Shown here: positions 39,962 to 47,184 of the stretch, piece after piece
Layout of the letters: each line of letters starts with the position of its first letter
How positions within the stretch are numbered: position 1 is the stretch's first letter
IMG/VR virus record: IMGVR_UViG_3300009156_000007
DNA length: 48,960 nucleotides
DNA from: a virus
Direction: 5' to 3' (one strand)
Notes under the pieces: model-generated
Told to the model about the DNA's origin: nothing
Database searches by the model: none
The model's input: only the letters and a program-made list of their open reading frames with translations
Translations under genes and position numbers: made by a program

Positions 39962-40188
39962 CCCGCATCCCCGACCCCTATCCCGAACCGCTGACCGTGG
40001 ACGAGGTTGCTCGTGCGCTCAAGCGGAACCCGCGCACCATCCGCAAGGCCATCCTCGCGGGCGAGCTTCCCGGAATGCGGATCGGTCGCAACTTCTCCAT
40101 CCCCCGTGAGGCGTTCGCGTTGTGGCAGCGGCAGGAATGGCGAGCGCCCCAGGCGTCCGACTTCATCCACCGGAGGAAGGCAAGCTGA
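39958..40188 (+). CDS. Excisionase-family (MerR-like) HTH DNA-binding protein
   Basis: AAGGAGG RBS. LTVDEVARALKRNPRTIRKAILAGELPGMRIGRNFSIPREAFALW. Confidence 0.75.
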   Translation: MTRIPDPYPEPLTVDEVARALKRNPRTIRKAILAGELPGMRIGRNFSIPREAFALWQRQEWRAPQASDFIHRRKAS

Positions 40189-40286
40189 TGTGCGGATGCT
40201 TTTGTAAATACTGCGGCTCCCGCATCGACTGCGCGTTCATCATCTGGCTCGTTTGCCGAGCGTGCGAATGGAAGGAAGCAGCATGA
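40188..40286 (+). CDS. Cys-rich micro-protein (32 aa, 8 Cys)
   Basis: The ATG overlaps the previous stop (TGATG) and the stop overlaps the next ATG (ATGA). Sequence MCGCFCKYCGSRIDCAFIIWLVCRACEWKEAA. Confidence 0.45.
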   Translation: MCGCFCKYCGSRIDCAFIIWLVCRACEWKEAA

Positions 40287-40516
40287 GCGACAACACCGAC
40301 ATCCGCGATCTGCTCGGCATGGACAAAGACCGCTTCCTCTCCGACGGCGATGCCGTGATGGAGCACCGTCCCCGATACCGATACGTGCCGTACACCGATC
40401 CCCGGATAGACGATGCACCGCCGCCGCCGTTCGATCCCGGTCCCGACTGGGAAGAGGCGTTGATCGGATACGACGCGGAAGGCGATTTGGACATGTTTGG
40501 AAAGGTACCGGCATGA
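40283..40516 (+). CDS. Hypothetical acidic protein (77 aa)
   Basis: Internal ATG 40283 of ORF 40253..40516, with GGAAGGAAG upstream. Confidence 0.6.
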   Translation: MSDNTDIRDLLGMDKDRFLSDGDAVMEHRPRYRYVPYTDPRIDDAPPPPFDPGPDWEEALIGYDAEGDLDMFGKVPA

Positions 40517-40674
40517 CGATCCAAGAACGGCTCGATGCGGCGCGGATCGAATGGGAACGGTGGACCGCGCTCCACGCCCGCAACCGCGTCCGAAGCACCG
40601 CCGACTGGCATCTGTATCAACGGGCGATGTGGACGTACGAGGCCCTGCTTGCGGAATGGAAGGCGGCGGCATGA
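40513..40674 (+). CDS. Hypothetical Trp-rich helical protein (53 aa)
   Basis: ATGA overlaps at both ends. Sequence MTIQERLDAARIEWERWTALHARNRVRSTADWHLYQRAMWTYEALLAEWKAAA. Confidence 0.5.
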   Translation: MTIQERLDAARIEWERWTALHARNRVRSTADWHLYQRAMWTYEALLAEWKAAA

Positions 40675-40793
40675 ATCCCCTGATCATCGTGTTCGGCATC
40701 CTGATTGCGGTGTTCTCGGCGTCCATCGGGCTCCTGATTGTCGAGATGTTCGAGCGGACCAACCAGCCCGACGACTACCCGTTCTTCGATTGA
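40671..40793 (+). CDS. Single-TM peptide (40 aa)
   Basis: ATGA overlap with the previous gene. Contains the hydrophobic segment LIIVFGILIAVFSASIGLLIV. Confidence 0.5.
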   Translation: MNPLIIVFGILIAVFSASIGLLIVEMFERTNQPDDYPFFD

Positions 40794-40800
40794 CGCTTCG

Positions 40801-40890
40801 ATGGACTGGATTGACTTCTCCATCGGATACGTCGTCGGATGCCTCGCCATTTCGTTCGTTCCGCCGTTCCTTCGATGGCTCATAGATTGA
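40801..40890 (+). CDS. Micro-ORF, single-TM peptide (29 aa), tentative
   Basis: Sequence MDWIDFSIGYVVGCLAISFVPPFLRWLID. No clear RBS. Confidence 0.3.
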   Translation: MDWIDFSIGYVVGCLAISFVPPFLRWLID

Positions 40891-40945
40891 CACTCCGAGA
40901 TCCTGGCTCGCCACACGGACCCCCACTCCCGACGAGCCAGCCCAC

Positions 40946-41340
40946 CGGCCGCCTGCCAAGCGGCCACATCATCCCACCCACCGGGGCAGCTACGCCCCCA
41001 CGGCGCCGGTCGCGCTGCAACGTCGACCGGCTGCCGCCCCGGTATCGCGGCCATTCAGACCAGCCGCTTGCCCTGTCGATTGCGGGGTTGGCGGGGCGAG
41101 CGGTTGGTCTGAGCGGCGGTGATCGCGTCAACGACACGCTGCGGCGAGCGCAGGGGCGTTCGCACATCGACATCCAACGTAACGGTTGAAACGCGAGACA
41201 GCGGATGCCGGCAGGACGGGGGGCCATGTCGTGACCTCAGCGAGCGAAGGGCGAACGGGAACGGGTCAATGTTCCGGGAGCCACGGCTTGCGATCTGGAA
41301 TGGGCGGGGCGGGTCATCCTGGTACGAGCCCGCCCCGTTT
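40946..41340 (+). ncRNA. Candidate structured non-coding RNA region (hypothesis only)
   Basis: ORF-poor gap containing four elements: hairpin GGCCGC/GCGGCC (40946-40964); hairpin GCCGGTCG/CGACCGGC (41005-41031); an 18-bp stem 41056-41073 / 41094-41111 with two G-U-compatible positions; and a terminator-like hairpin at 41305-41337 plus TTT. Confidence 0.3.
41305..41340 (+). terminator. Intrinsic terminator-like hairpin CGGGGCGGG / CCCGCCCCG followed by TTT
   Basis: 9-bp GC stem (41305-41313 / 41329-41337), 15-nt loop, short T-tract at 41338-41340. Confidence 0.45.
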
Positions 41341-41401
41341 CCACAGCGTAGTACCAGACCCGCGTTTTCCGACTAGTGAACAGAAAGGACCAGGAATACC
41401 C

Positions 41402-41671
41402 GTGTCCCGCCCGATTCCACAGGACGCCCCGCTGGAGGATTACGTGATCGACTTCGAGCTCTGGAAACGGAACGCGCCGCTCGACGCGGACGGACTGCCG
41501 ACCAGGCCGTCCCTAATCAACCTGATGCACCGGATCGAGGCAGAGATGCCGGTCGTTGCGGACATCGCCATCACGTCGCGGCTGTTGCGGACGCTCGTCA
41601 CGACGAAAGACGGATACCGGAGCCGCACGTTTCGGGACGCGCTCGCCGAGAGCCAACGGAGGATCGCATGA
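41402..41671 (+). CDS. Hypothetical protein (89 aa)
   Basis: GTG 41402, in-frame tail of ORF 41186..41671, with AAAGGACCAGGAA upstream. The upstream part of that ORF is Gly/Arg junk. Confidence 0.6.
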   Translation: MSRPIPQDAPLEDYVIDFELWKRNAPLDADGLPTRPSLINLMHRIEAEMPVVADIAITSRLLRTLVTTKDGYRSRTFRDALAESQRRIA

Positions 41672-42015
41672 GCGACGACGGATTCGTGGAACTCACCCGC
41701 TACGCCAGCGGGCACAAGAACGAAGGCGACTTCGTGTCGGTGAATGAACGCGGATCAACGCTGATTAGCCGATCGGTGCTGATGCGTCTCGGCAGACCAC
41801 AGCGCCTCGTGATTCAGGCGAACCCGAACACCGGCGACGTGCGGTTGATTCCGACCGACTCCCCGAACGGCAACTCGGTGAAGGTCACGCACGAGGGCCA
41901 ATTCACGAACAGGCTGACGCGGTTCTGTTCCGAGAACGGGTTCGCGTTCGGACGCAACCCGGCCGAGATCAAGGACGGCATGGTGGTGTTTCGGCTGCAA
42001 CGGAAGGCCGAATAA
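41668..42015 (+). CDS. Hypothetical protein (115 aa), possible AbrB/SpoVT-like fold
   Basis: ATGA overlap with the previous gene. ISRSVLMRLGRPQRLVIQANPNTGDVRLIP is reminiscent of swapped-hairpin DNA binders, but this is a weak call. Confidence 0.6.
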   Translation: MSDDGFVELTRYASGHKNEGDFVSVNERGSTLISRSVLMRLGRPQRLVIQANPNTGDVRLIPTDSPNGNSVKVTHEGQFTNRLTRFCSENGFAFGRNPAEIKDGMVVFRLQRKAE

Positions 42016-42020
42016 CAAAA

Positions 42021-42052
42021 GGGCTGGCGTCTGCCGAAAACAGAGCCAGCCC
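42021..42052. terminator. GC-rich hairpin GGGCTGGCGTCTG / CAGAGCCAGCCC after gene 41668..42015
   Basis: 12 paired bases with one bulge and a 7-nt loop. The A-tract is on the 5' side on the + strand, so the T-tract is on the - strand side and orientation is ambiguous. Confidence 0.4.
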
Positions 42053-42103
42053 AGGAGCAAGAACCTGTGGCAATGGTAACAGACACAGAGAGGAACCCCG
42101 CTG

Positions 42104-42421
42104 ATGGACGTTGCTCGCACGATTCCCCCGCGTATTCGGTGGCCCGAAGGGATAGAAGCGATCAAGGAGTGGGACGGGCTGGACGGACTCGAACGGCCCG
42201 AAGGGCTCGCGGATCGGATGCGGCTCACGCTGGCGCCGGATCGTCCGCAACTGCTCAAGTCGGAGCAGTGGTCACTGAACTACGACTCCTGCCAGGAGTG
42301 CGGAACGATTGCGATACGTCACGGGGGACGGGGGCTGTGCCGGAACTGCTACATGCGGATATGGATTCGGCAGAAGCGCGAACCGATGCCGAGCATCGTG
42401 ACGAGATTCGCGGCGGACTGA
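42104..42421 (+). CDS. Zinc-ribbon protein (105 aa)
   Basis: CQECG...HGGRGLCRNCY cysteine pattern. Third-position GC stays high through to the stop. Confidence 0.65.
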   Translation: MDVARTIPPRIRWPEGIEAIKEWDGLDGLERPEGLADRMRLTLAPDRPQLLKSEQWSLNYDSCQECGTIAIRHGGRGLCRNCYMRIWIRQKREPMPSIVTRFAAD

Positions 42422-42558
42422 CCGCAGCCGAGTGGACGGCAGACGATGAGCGAGATCTGAAACGTCTGCTCGACTGGTTTGGTATGCCACGCCAGTACCG
42501 CCCCGTCGTCGGGGATGGTGTCATCGACTACGACACCCAGGGGGTACCCGCCCGATGA
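42361..42558 (+). CDS. Hypothetical acidic protein (65 aa), start uncertain
   Basis: -1 frame relative to the previous gene, overlapping it by 61 nt. The downstream part (LTAAEWTADDERDLKRLLDWFGMPRQY) looks coding. The stop overlaps the next ATG (ATGA). Confidence 0.45.
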   Translation: MDSAEARTDAEHRDEIRGGLTAAEWTADDERDLKRLLDWFGMPRQYRPVVGDGVIDYDTQGVPAR

Positions 42559-42833
42559 GCGCGACAGAACTCCCTACGGGAACCACGGGAGCGACCGACG
42601 ACCAGATCAACGCGGCGGTGCGGAGGCTGCTTGCGCGATCCGTCTTACCCCGGCCACAGCGGTACGCCCAAGAGTTCGGAATGGTTATTCGGATCGCCGG
42701 CGTCCTCGTTCGGCCAGATGAACGAATCGTCAACAGCGCGGACCTCCGGCGCCTGCTCGACTACGTGTACGACGGTGGAGAGTACCCAGCCGCGGCCATC
42801 GGAAGCCTTGAAGCGTTGGAGTCCGGGCGATGA
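42555..42833 (+). CDS. Hypothetical protein (92 aa)
   Basis: ATGA coupling to the previous gene and a clean ORF. Confidence 0.65.
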   Translation: MSATELPTGTTGATDDQINAAVRRLLARSVLPRPQRYAQEFGMVIRIAGVLVRPDERIVNSADLRRLLDYVYDGGEYPAAAIGSLEALESGR

Positions 42834-42988
42834 CCGCGGAGACGGGGGCTACCCCGGAGCAGATTGATGCGTCTGCTTAGCGACCGCGGCTGCACCTACC
42901 GATCGCTGCTGGTTCGGAACGGGATGCGGCCGGCCAGGCGGCGCTCTCCGATGCGCCTGCGGCGGTGGATGCCGATATGGAGGATGGG

Positions 42989-43666
42989 ATGAACGCAGAC
43001 GAAATGCTCGACGCCTTGGGCGTGCCGTTCCCGAAGCACGCGATCGAACAGCGGCAGGGCGGCGGCGGCAAGATGTTCGACTACGTGGCCACGGAGACGG
43101 TAATCCGTTTCCTGAACACCACGGCCAAGGTCTGGGATTTCGAGATCACGAGCCACACCATCATCGGGGACGTGCTGGTCGTGTTCGGCAAGCTCACGAT
43201 CCCCGGACTCGGCACGCGCTCGGGAACCGGCGTGCAGAAGTTGCAGGGCGGCGAGGACACGATCAAGGGCGCGGCGTCCGACTGCCTCAAGAAGTGCGCC
43301 ACGTTGTTCGGCGTGGCCCTCGACCTGTACGGGCCGGACCTTTTGGCCGGTGAGATACCAAACGAGCGCGAACTCCCCGCACGGACCCGTACAACGAGCC
43401 AGAACACCATCCCTGACCAAGAGCGGTATCCGTCCGGGGTCACCAAGAAGCAGATCGCGGCGATCGGGGCGATCGCGTCCGACAGGGGCATCCCGGCGGA
43501 TGTCGTCAAGCGGTTCCACGGCAAGGAGAGCGCGACCCTGCTCACGTCGCAGGAGGCATCGGCGCTGATCGAACGGCTCAAGGCCGAACCGAACTGGCAT
43601 CAGCCGGAGGCCGGGACAGAACAGGCGCCGATGATGCCGGCGGGCGCGGATCGGTACACAAGCTAG
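42989..43666 (+). CDS. Rad52/Rad22-family single-strand annealing protein
   Basis: IEQRQGGGGKMFDYVATETVIRFLN...WDFEI...GKLTIPGLGTRSGTG...IKGAASDCLKKCATLFGVALDLY matches the Rad52-type annealase core. GGAGGA precedes ATG 42989. Alternative starts are GTG 42965 and ATG 42977. Confidence 0.82.
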   Translation: MNADEMLDALGVPFPKHAIEQRQGGGGKMFDYVATETVIRFLNTTAKVWDFEITSHTIIGDVLVVFGKLTIPGLGTRSGTGVQKLQGGEDTIKGAASDCLKKCATLFGVALDLYGPDLLAGEIPNERELPARTRTTSQNTIPDQERYPSGVTKKQIAAIGAIASDRGIPADVVKRFHGKESATLLTSQEASALIERLKAEPNWHQPEAGTEQAPMMPAGADRYTS

Positions 43667-43968
43667 TGGCGACATTCACCCAGGCGGGCTTCGGCCCGCC
43701 ATCTTCGTCCCCCGACCCCTACGACGTTGCGGTTGCGCTGGTCGAGTCCGCTGCCGCATCCGACTACCGGGCGGTCGCGTTCTGCGATCCGTCCAAGCGT
43801 CCGACCGACGACAAGGTGCGCGAAATCCTGCGCCACCTCGACTTCACCCCGGCCTACGTCGACACGAACCACGCCGACGCGCCGGGCGAGATGACGGTGG
43901 ACGGGATCGAGGTGCGGGGGCAGACCTGGATAGCACGCGGGAATTTCTATTTCGTGAGGCGGCCATGA
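43666..43968 (+). CDS. Hypothetical protein (100 aa)
   Basis: The GTG overlaps the previous stop (TAGTG). Confidence 0.6.
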   Translation: MATFTQAGFGPPSSSPDPYDVAVALVESAAASDYRAVAFCDPSKRPTDDKVREILRHLDFTPAYVDTNHADAPGEMTVDGIEVRGQTWIARGNFYFVRRP

Positions 43969-44126
43969 AGGTCTACGACGAGACGACCAACGAGTACCTC
44001 GGCATCGTCTATCGCTCGCATGGTGGATGGAGGGCGGAAACCCCGCTCTTCATCATCTCGTTCCACGAAACCCAGGCCGAGGCCGAGCAATGGCTCCGTG
44101 ACCGAGTGACACAGCGGCACACGTAA
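43965..44126 (+). CDS. Hypothetical protein (53 aa)
   Basis: ATGA overlap. Sequence MKVYDETTNEYLGIVYRSHGGWRAETPLFIISFHETQAEAEQWLRDRVTQRHT. Confidence 0.5.
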   Translation: MKVYDETTNEYLGIVYRSHGGWRAETPLFIISFHETQAEAEQWLRDRVTQRHT

Positions 44127-44192
44127 CGCCACCAGCCGAGCGTCCGTACCTAGCGCGTGCGGACAACCAACTGTCGATTTGGGGGATTGGTA

Positions 44193-44201
44193 TGGTAAAA
44201 T
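44193..44201 (+). promoter_or_regulatory. Extended -10 element TGGTAAAAT upstream of the replication initiator gene
   Basis: TGn plus TAAAAT in a locally AT-richer intergenic stretch, 87 nt upstream of ATG 44289. Confidence 0.5.
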
Positions 44202-44288
44202 GGAGTCAAATCAAACGGGACCGAGCGGAGCTTGCGACTCCAACCCGGTCCCTGACCGTCCATCCGACATCACCGGAGGAAACGGCTA

Positions 44289-45149
44289 ATGGCCAATTCT
44301 CTCATATCCCAGTCCCCTGCTACTAGTCCGCATCTGCATCTTGTGCGCGATGAGGACGCCCCTTCCTACGACGCCGAACCTCCAACGGTCCCCAAGCGGG
44401 GGGCGTTCGGCATGATCCCGTGGGAACTCTACGACCGGCTCGAGGGCGACGGGGACGCGCAGGCAACATTGCTTGCGCTGCTCCGTCATTCCAACGAGAA
44501 GGGCGAGTGCTGGCCCTCTGTCGCCACGATCTGCAAGAAAACCGGCAAGTCCGACAAGCATGTCCGGGTCAAGATCGACAAGCTCGTTTCGCTTGGGATT
44601 CTGACCAAAGAGCCGCGGCGAACGGGCGGCATGAAATCGGTCAATGTGTACCGGATTTGCCAAAAAACCCCGGAAGTAAAGATCGGTATGGAGTACCGCA
44701 CGTTCGGTAGTGGAAACCGGACCGATCGGTATGGAGTACCGGACAGTGCGGTACCAGGTACCGATAGAACTAGAACCAGTGAACTAGAACCAAAAGAACT
44801 ACAGCTGCAGGCGCACGAGAAAAACGGAACGAACGGGCATGCGCCGCCAGTACCCCATTACCGAGAGACGATTGGAGAACCGACCTGGGCGGCGGTGTCG
44901 GCGCAGTTCAAGCGGGTCGATCCGTCGCTGTCGTCTGCGTGGTTCTCCGGGACGATGGCGGATGCCGAGGTGAAGTTCGGCGAGGCGAGCCGGGCGCAGT
45001 TGGAGGAAGCGGTGAAGATCACGCTCTCAGAAGTGGAACGGCGGGTCAAGACGGAGCAGACCAGCGGCAAGCTCGTCGGCAACCTCAAGAGCTGGTGCCG
45101 GGCGGTGTTCGAGTCGAATCTGCGAGATGCGATGGGGGTGGCGAGGTGA
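44289..45149 (+). CDS. Replication initiator-like winged-helix protein
   Basis: GGAGGAA RBS. LLALLRHSNEKGECWPSVATICKKTGKSDKHVRVKIDKLVSLGILTKE is the usual wHTH of phage replication/primosome organiser proteins. Direct repeats lie inside the gene. Confidence 0.7.
   Translation: MANSLISQSPATSPHLHLVRDEDAPSYDAEPPTVPKRGAFGMIPWELYDRLEGDGDAQATLLALLRHSNEKGECWPSVATICKKTGKSDKHVRVKIDKLVSLGILTKEPRRTGGMKSVNVYRICQKTPEVKIGMEYRTFGSGNRTDRYGVPDSAVPGTDRTRTSELEPKELQLQAHEKNGTNGHAPPVPHYRETIGEPTWAAVSAQFKRVDPSLSSAWFSGTMADAEVKFGEASRAQLEEAVKITLSEVERRVKTEQTSGKLVGNLKSWCRAVFESNLRDAMGVAR
44681..44800. repeat. Iteron-like repeats inside the initiator gene (candidate origin)
   Basis: GATCGGTATGGAGTACCG at 44681-44698 and 44724-44741. 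Inverted TACCGAT at 44758-44764, next to GGTACCAGGTACC. GAACTAGAACCA at 44767-44778 and 44781-44792, plus GAACTA at 44795-44800. Confidence 0.6.
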
Positions 45150-45808
45150 CGCCCTACTACGACATGGAGGGCATCACGATCTACCACGCGGACTGCCGCG
45201 ATGTTCTTCCGTCGCTCCGCGCCGACGTGCTCGTTACCGACCCGCCCTATGGCATCGAGTACCAGTCGGGTCAGGTCGGGCGTTCGTGGTGGCATGGCGA
45301 GCAGATCGACGGCGACGGCGACACGGCGTTGCGCGATTGGGCACTCGAGCGGTGGATCGGCCCGGCGTTGGTGTTCGGGTCGTGGAAGATGCCGCATCCC
45401 AGGGGGACGAGGATGGTGTTGGTTTGGGACAAGGGACCGGCGCTCGGCATGGGTGCGCTCGATCTTCCGTGGAAGCCATCCTGGGAAGAAATCTACGTCA
45501 TCGGTAAGGGGTTCCACGGGTACCGGGGCGGCGGCGTTCTGTATCACCCGCCGGTTCAGTCGATGGCAAAGAATGGACGGGTTCACCCGAACGAGAAGCC
45601 CATCTCCCTCATGCGCGAGTTGTTAAGCAAGTGTCCTGCAGGCGTGGTTGTCGATCCGTTTATGGGAAGCGGTACGACACTCCGAGCTGCTAAAGATCTC
45701 GGCATCCAGGCCATCGGGATCGAGTCGAACGCTTTGCATTGCGCGACCGCCGTCAAACGATTGAGCCAGTCGGTTCTGCGGTTGGAGGTGTCGTCATGCG
45801 CCGGTTGA
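45146..45808 (+). CDS. DNA N6-adenine/N4-cytosine methyltransferase (beta class), no adjacent endonuclease
   Basis: LVTDPPYGI (motif IV) precedes VVDPFMGSGTTLRAA (motif I). GTG 45146 overlaps the previous stop. Confidence 0.88.
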   Translation: MTPYYDMEGITIYHADCRDVLPSLRADVLVTDPPYGIEYQSGQVGRSWWHGEQIDGDGDTALRDWALERWIGPALVFGSWKMPHPRGTRMVLVWDKGPALGMGALDLPWKPSWEEIYVIGKGFHGYRGGGVLYHPPVQSMAKNGRVHPNEKPISLMRELLSKCPAGVVVDPFMGSGTTLRAAKDLGIQAIGIESNALHCATAVKRLSQSVLRLEVSSCAG

Positions 45809-46335
45809 TCGAGCCGCCCACCAGCGGCCCCACCCCGGCGCAGGCGGCGCGGATTCGCCAGGTGCACGACCTCGCCGCGGAGTTTGCCACGCTGCCGGCC
45901 GATCATCGGCTGCCCTACATCGTCACCACGGTGCGGACGCAGACGACGGGGTACGACCGATTCAAGACGGTCCAGTACACGCCGCCTGATTCGCCGCTCT
46001 TCGCGCCGCTGATGGCGCTGCTCGATGCGCTGGTTGCGTCGGAACAATCGGCAGAGGGGTGCACCTACGACACAAAACACGGGATCTTCACCGATGCGGA
46101 CCTGAAAGAGTCCGAGGCGATGGTCACGAAGGGCGAACTGGTGTTCCCTGTGCGGCATCCGTGGGCGGTCAAGCCGGTGGTCGAGGACGGGACCGTGAAG
46201 GTGCCGGGGGTGCGTGGGCCGGCGGTCTACCGGACGGCGGCGGAACGGGCCGCCGGTCCCGAGCACAAAGCGTTCAGCGTGGCTCCGCCGCTGCGGACGG
46301 CGGACGACGACGATGATCCATGGAGGGTGGCATGA
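45796..46335 (+). CDS. Hypothetical protein (179 aa)
   Basis: ATG 45796 with a GGAGG RBS. It is the in-frame part of ORF 45739..46335. Confidence 0.65.
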   Translation: MRRLIEPPTSGPTPAQAARIRQVHDLAAEFATLPADHRLPYIVTTVRTQTTGYDRFKTVQYTPPDSPLFAPLMALLDALVASEQSAEGCTYDTKHGIFTDADLKESEAMVTKGELVFPVRHPWAVKPVVEDGTVKVPGVRGPAVYRTAAERAAGPEHKAFSVAPPLRTADDDDDPWRVA

Positions 46336-46721
46336 CGACGGCGACGGTGCTCACGATCCGGCTGCCGGTCTGCCCGGATGCGGTTCTTTCTCCGAACGCT
46401 CGATCCCATTGGGGGCCAAAGTCCAGAGCGGTCAAGCAGCTCCGCGAGATCGCGTACTACTTCGGGCTTCAGGCGATGTGGGCGCAGGACTGGTCGACGG
46501 CGCTTGGGCCGGTGACGGTGCGGGCCACGATCGGCTGGTCCAGGGGCCGGAAGCGCATGGACCCGACCAACCTTGCGGATATGCTCAAACCCGTGTGGGA
46601 CGGCTTCCAAGACGCCGCGATCTATGCCAACGACAAGCAGGTGACGGTCGAATCGGTCGTGCAGGAACGCGATAAAGACGGCGTTGGGTACGTGATTGTG
46701 GAGGTTTCCGATGGAGACTGA
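46332..46721 (+). CDS. rusA: RusA-family Holliday junction resolvase
   Basis: LSPNARSHWGPKSRAVKQLRE...DPTNLADMLKPVWDGFQDAAIYANDKQV matches the RusA signature. ATGA overlap with the previous gene. Confidence 0.82.
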   Translation: MTTATVLTIRLPVCPDAVLSPNARSHWGPKSRAVKQLREIAYYFGLQAMWAQDWSTALGPVTVRATIGWSRGRKRMDPTNLADMLKPVWDGFQDAAIYANDKQVTVESVVQERDKDGVGYVIVEVSDGD

Positions 46722-46980
46722 GGACGGGCAGCGGCTCTACGTGCGGTGTCAGGAATGCAACGGTCATCTCGCCGGGTGGGGCTGCGAACCGTGCCGGGGT
46801 GAAGGATTCATCCCGATCGCCGGCAGCCCGGACGCGGAGCAGCGGGCGGCGATCCCCGTAGAGGATATTCGCTGGCTGGTCACGCCGAAGTTTTCGGCAA
46901 CGTTCGACTACGACCGCCTGCATGCCGTCCGCGAACGGATCGGGGCGTGGCTGGATTCGCTCGCCGGGGCCGGGGAATGA
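46711..46980 (+). CDS. DnaJ-type zinc-finger protein (89 aa)
   Basis: CQECNGHLAGWGCEPCRGEG (CxxCxG...CxxCxGxG). GGAGG lies 7 nt upstream of ATG 46711. Confidence 0.6.
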   Translation: METEDGQRLYVRCQECNGHLAGWGCEPCRGEGFIPIAGSPDAEQRAAIPVEDIRWLVTPKFSATFDYDRLHAVRERIGAWLDSLAGAGE

Positions 46981-47090
46981 CCCGCCCGCCGCTGCTGATC
47001 GACAAACGGTGCGCGAACTGCGGCGGTGTGTTCCGCGTGCTGCGGACCAGCCGCCGGCGGACTTGTCCCGAATGCAGGATACCGCGCTAG
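46977..47090 (+). CDS. Zinc-ribbon micro-protein (37 aa)
   Basis: ATGA overlap. Sequence MTRPPLLIDKRCANCGGVFRVLRTSRRRTCPECRIPR. It is the last gene before the strong terminator. Confidence 0.45.
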   Translation: MTRPPLLIDKRCANCGGVFRVLRTSRRRTCPECRIPR

Positions 47091-47117
47091 GCGATCTGTA
47101 GTGGACGGAGACGCGAA

Positions 47118-47149
47118 AAGAGGCGGGATGATGAGTCATCCCGCCTCTT
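47118..47149. terminator. Bidirectional intrinsic terminator between the convergent operons
   Basis: Perfect 14-bp stem AAGAGGCGGGATGA / TCATCCCGCCTCTT with a 4-nt loop. A-rich 5' flank and T-rich 3' flank (GCGTTGTTTCGTT). Confidence 0.8.
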
Positions 47150-47184
47150 GCGTTGTTTCGTTCGTCCTGGGGCGTCTCAGCGCG

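Noticed and set aside
40839-41376. ORFs inside the 40891-41401 gap: 40839..41189 (+), 40880..41227 (-), 40617..41054 (-), 41119..41376 (+).
   Set aside because: All translate to Arg/Pro/Gly-rich low-complexity sequence, have no RBS, and overlap one another in several frames. The region is better described as non-coding and structured.
42830-42990. Short ORFs between 42833 and the Rad52-like gene: a 16-aa ORF from ATG 42830 and a 41-aa Arg-rich ORF from ATG 42868.
   Set aside because: They are too short or too compositionally biased to support. The Rad52 frame itself is open and coding-like back to 42881, so the region may simply belong to an N-terminally longer annealase with an uncertain start.
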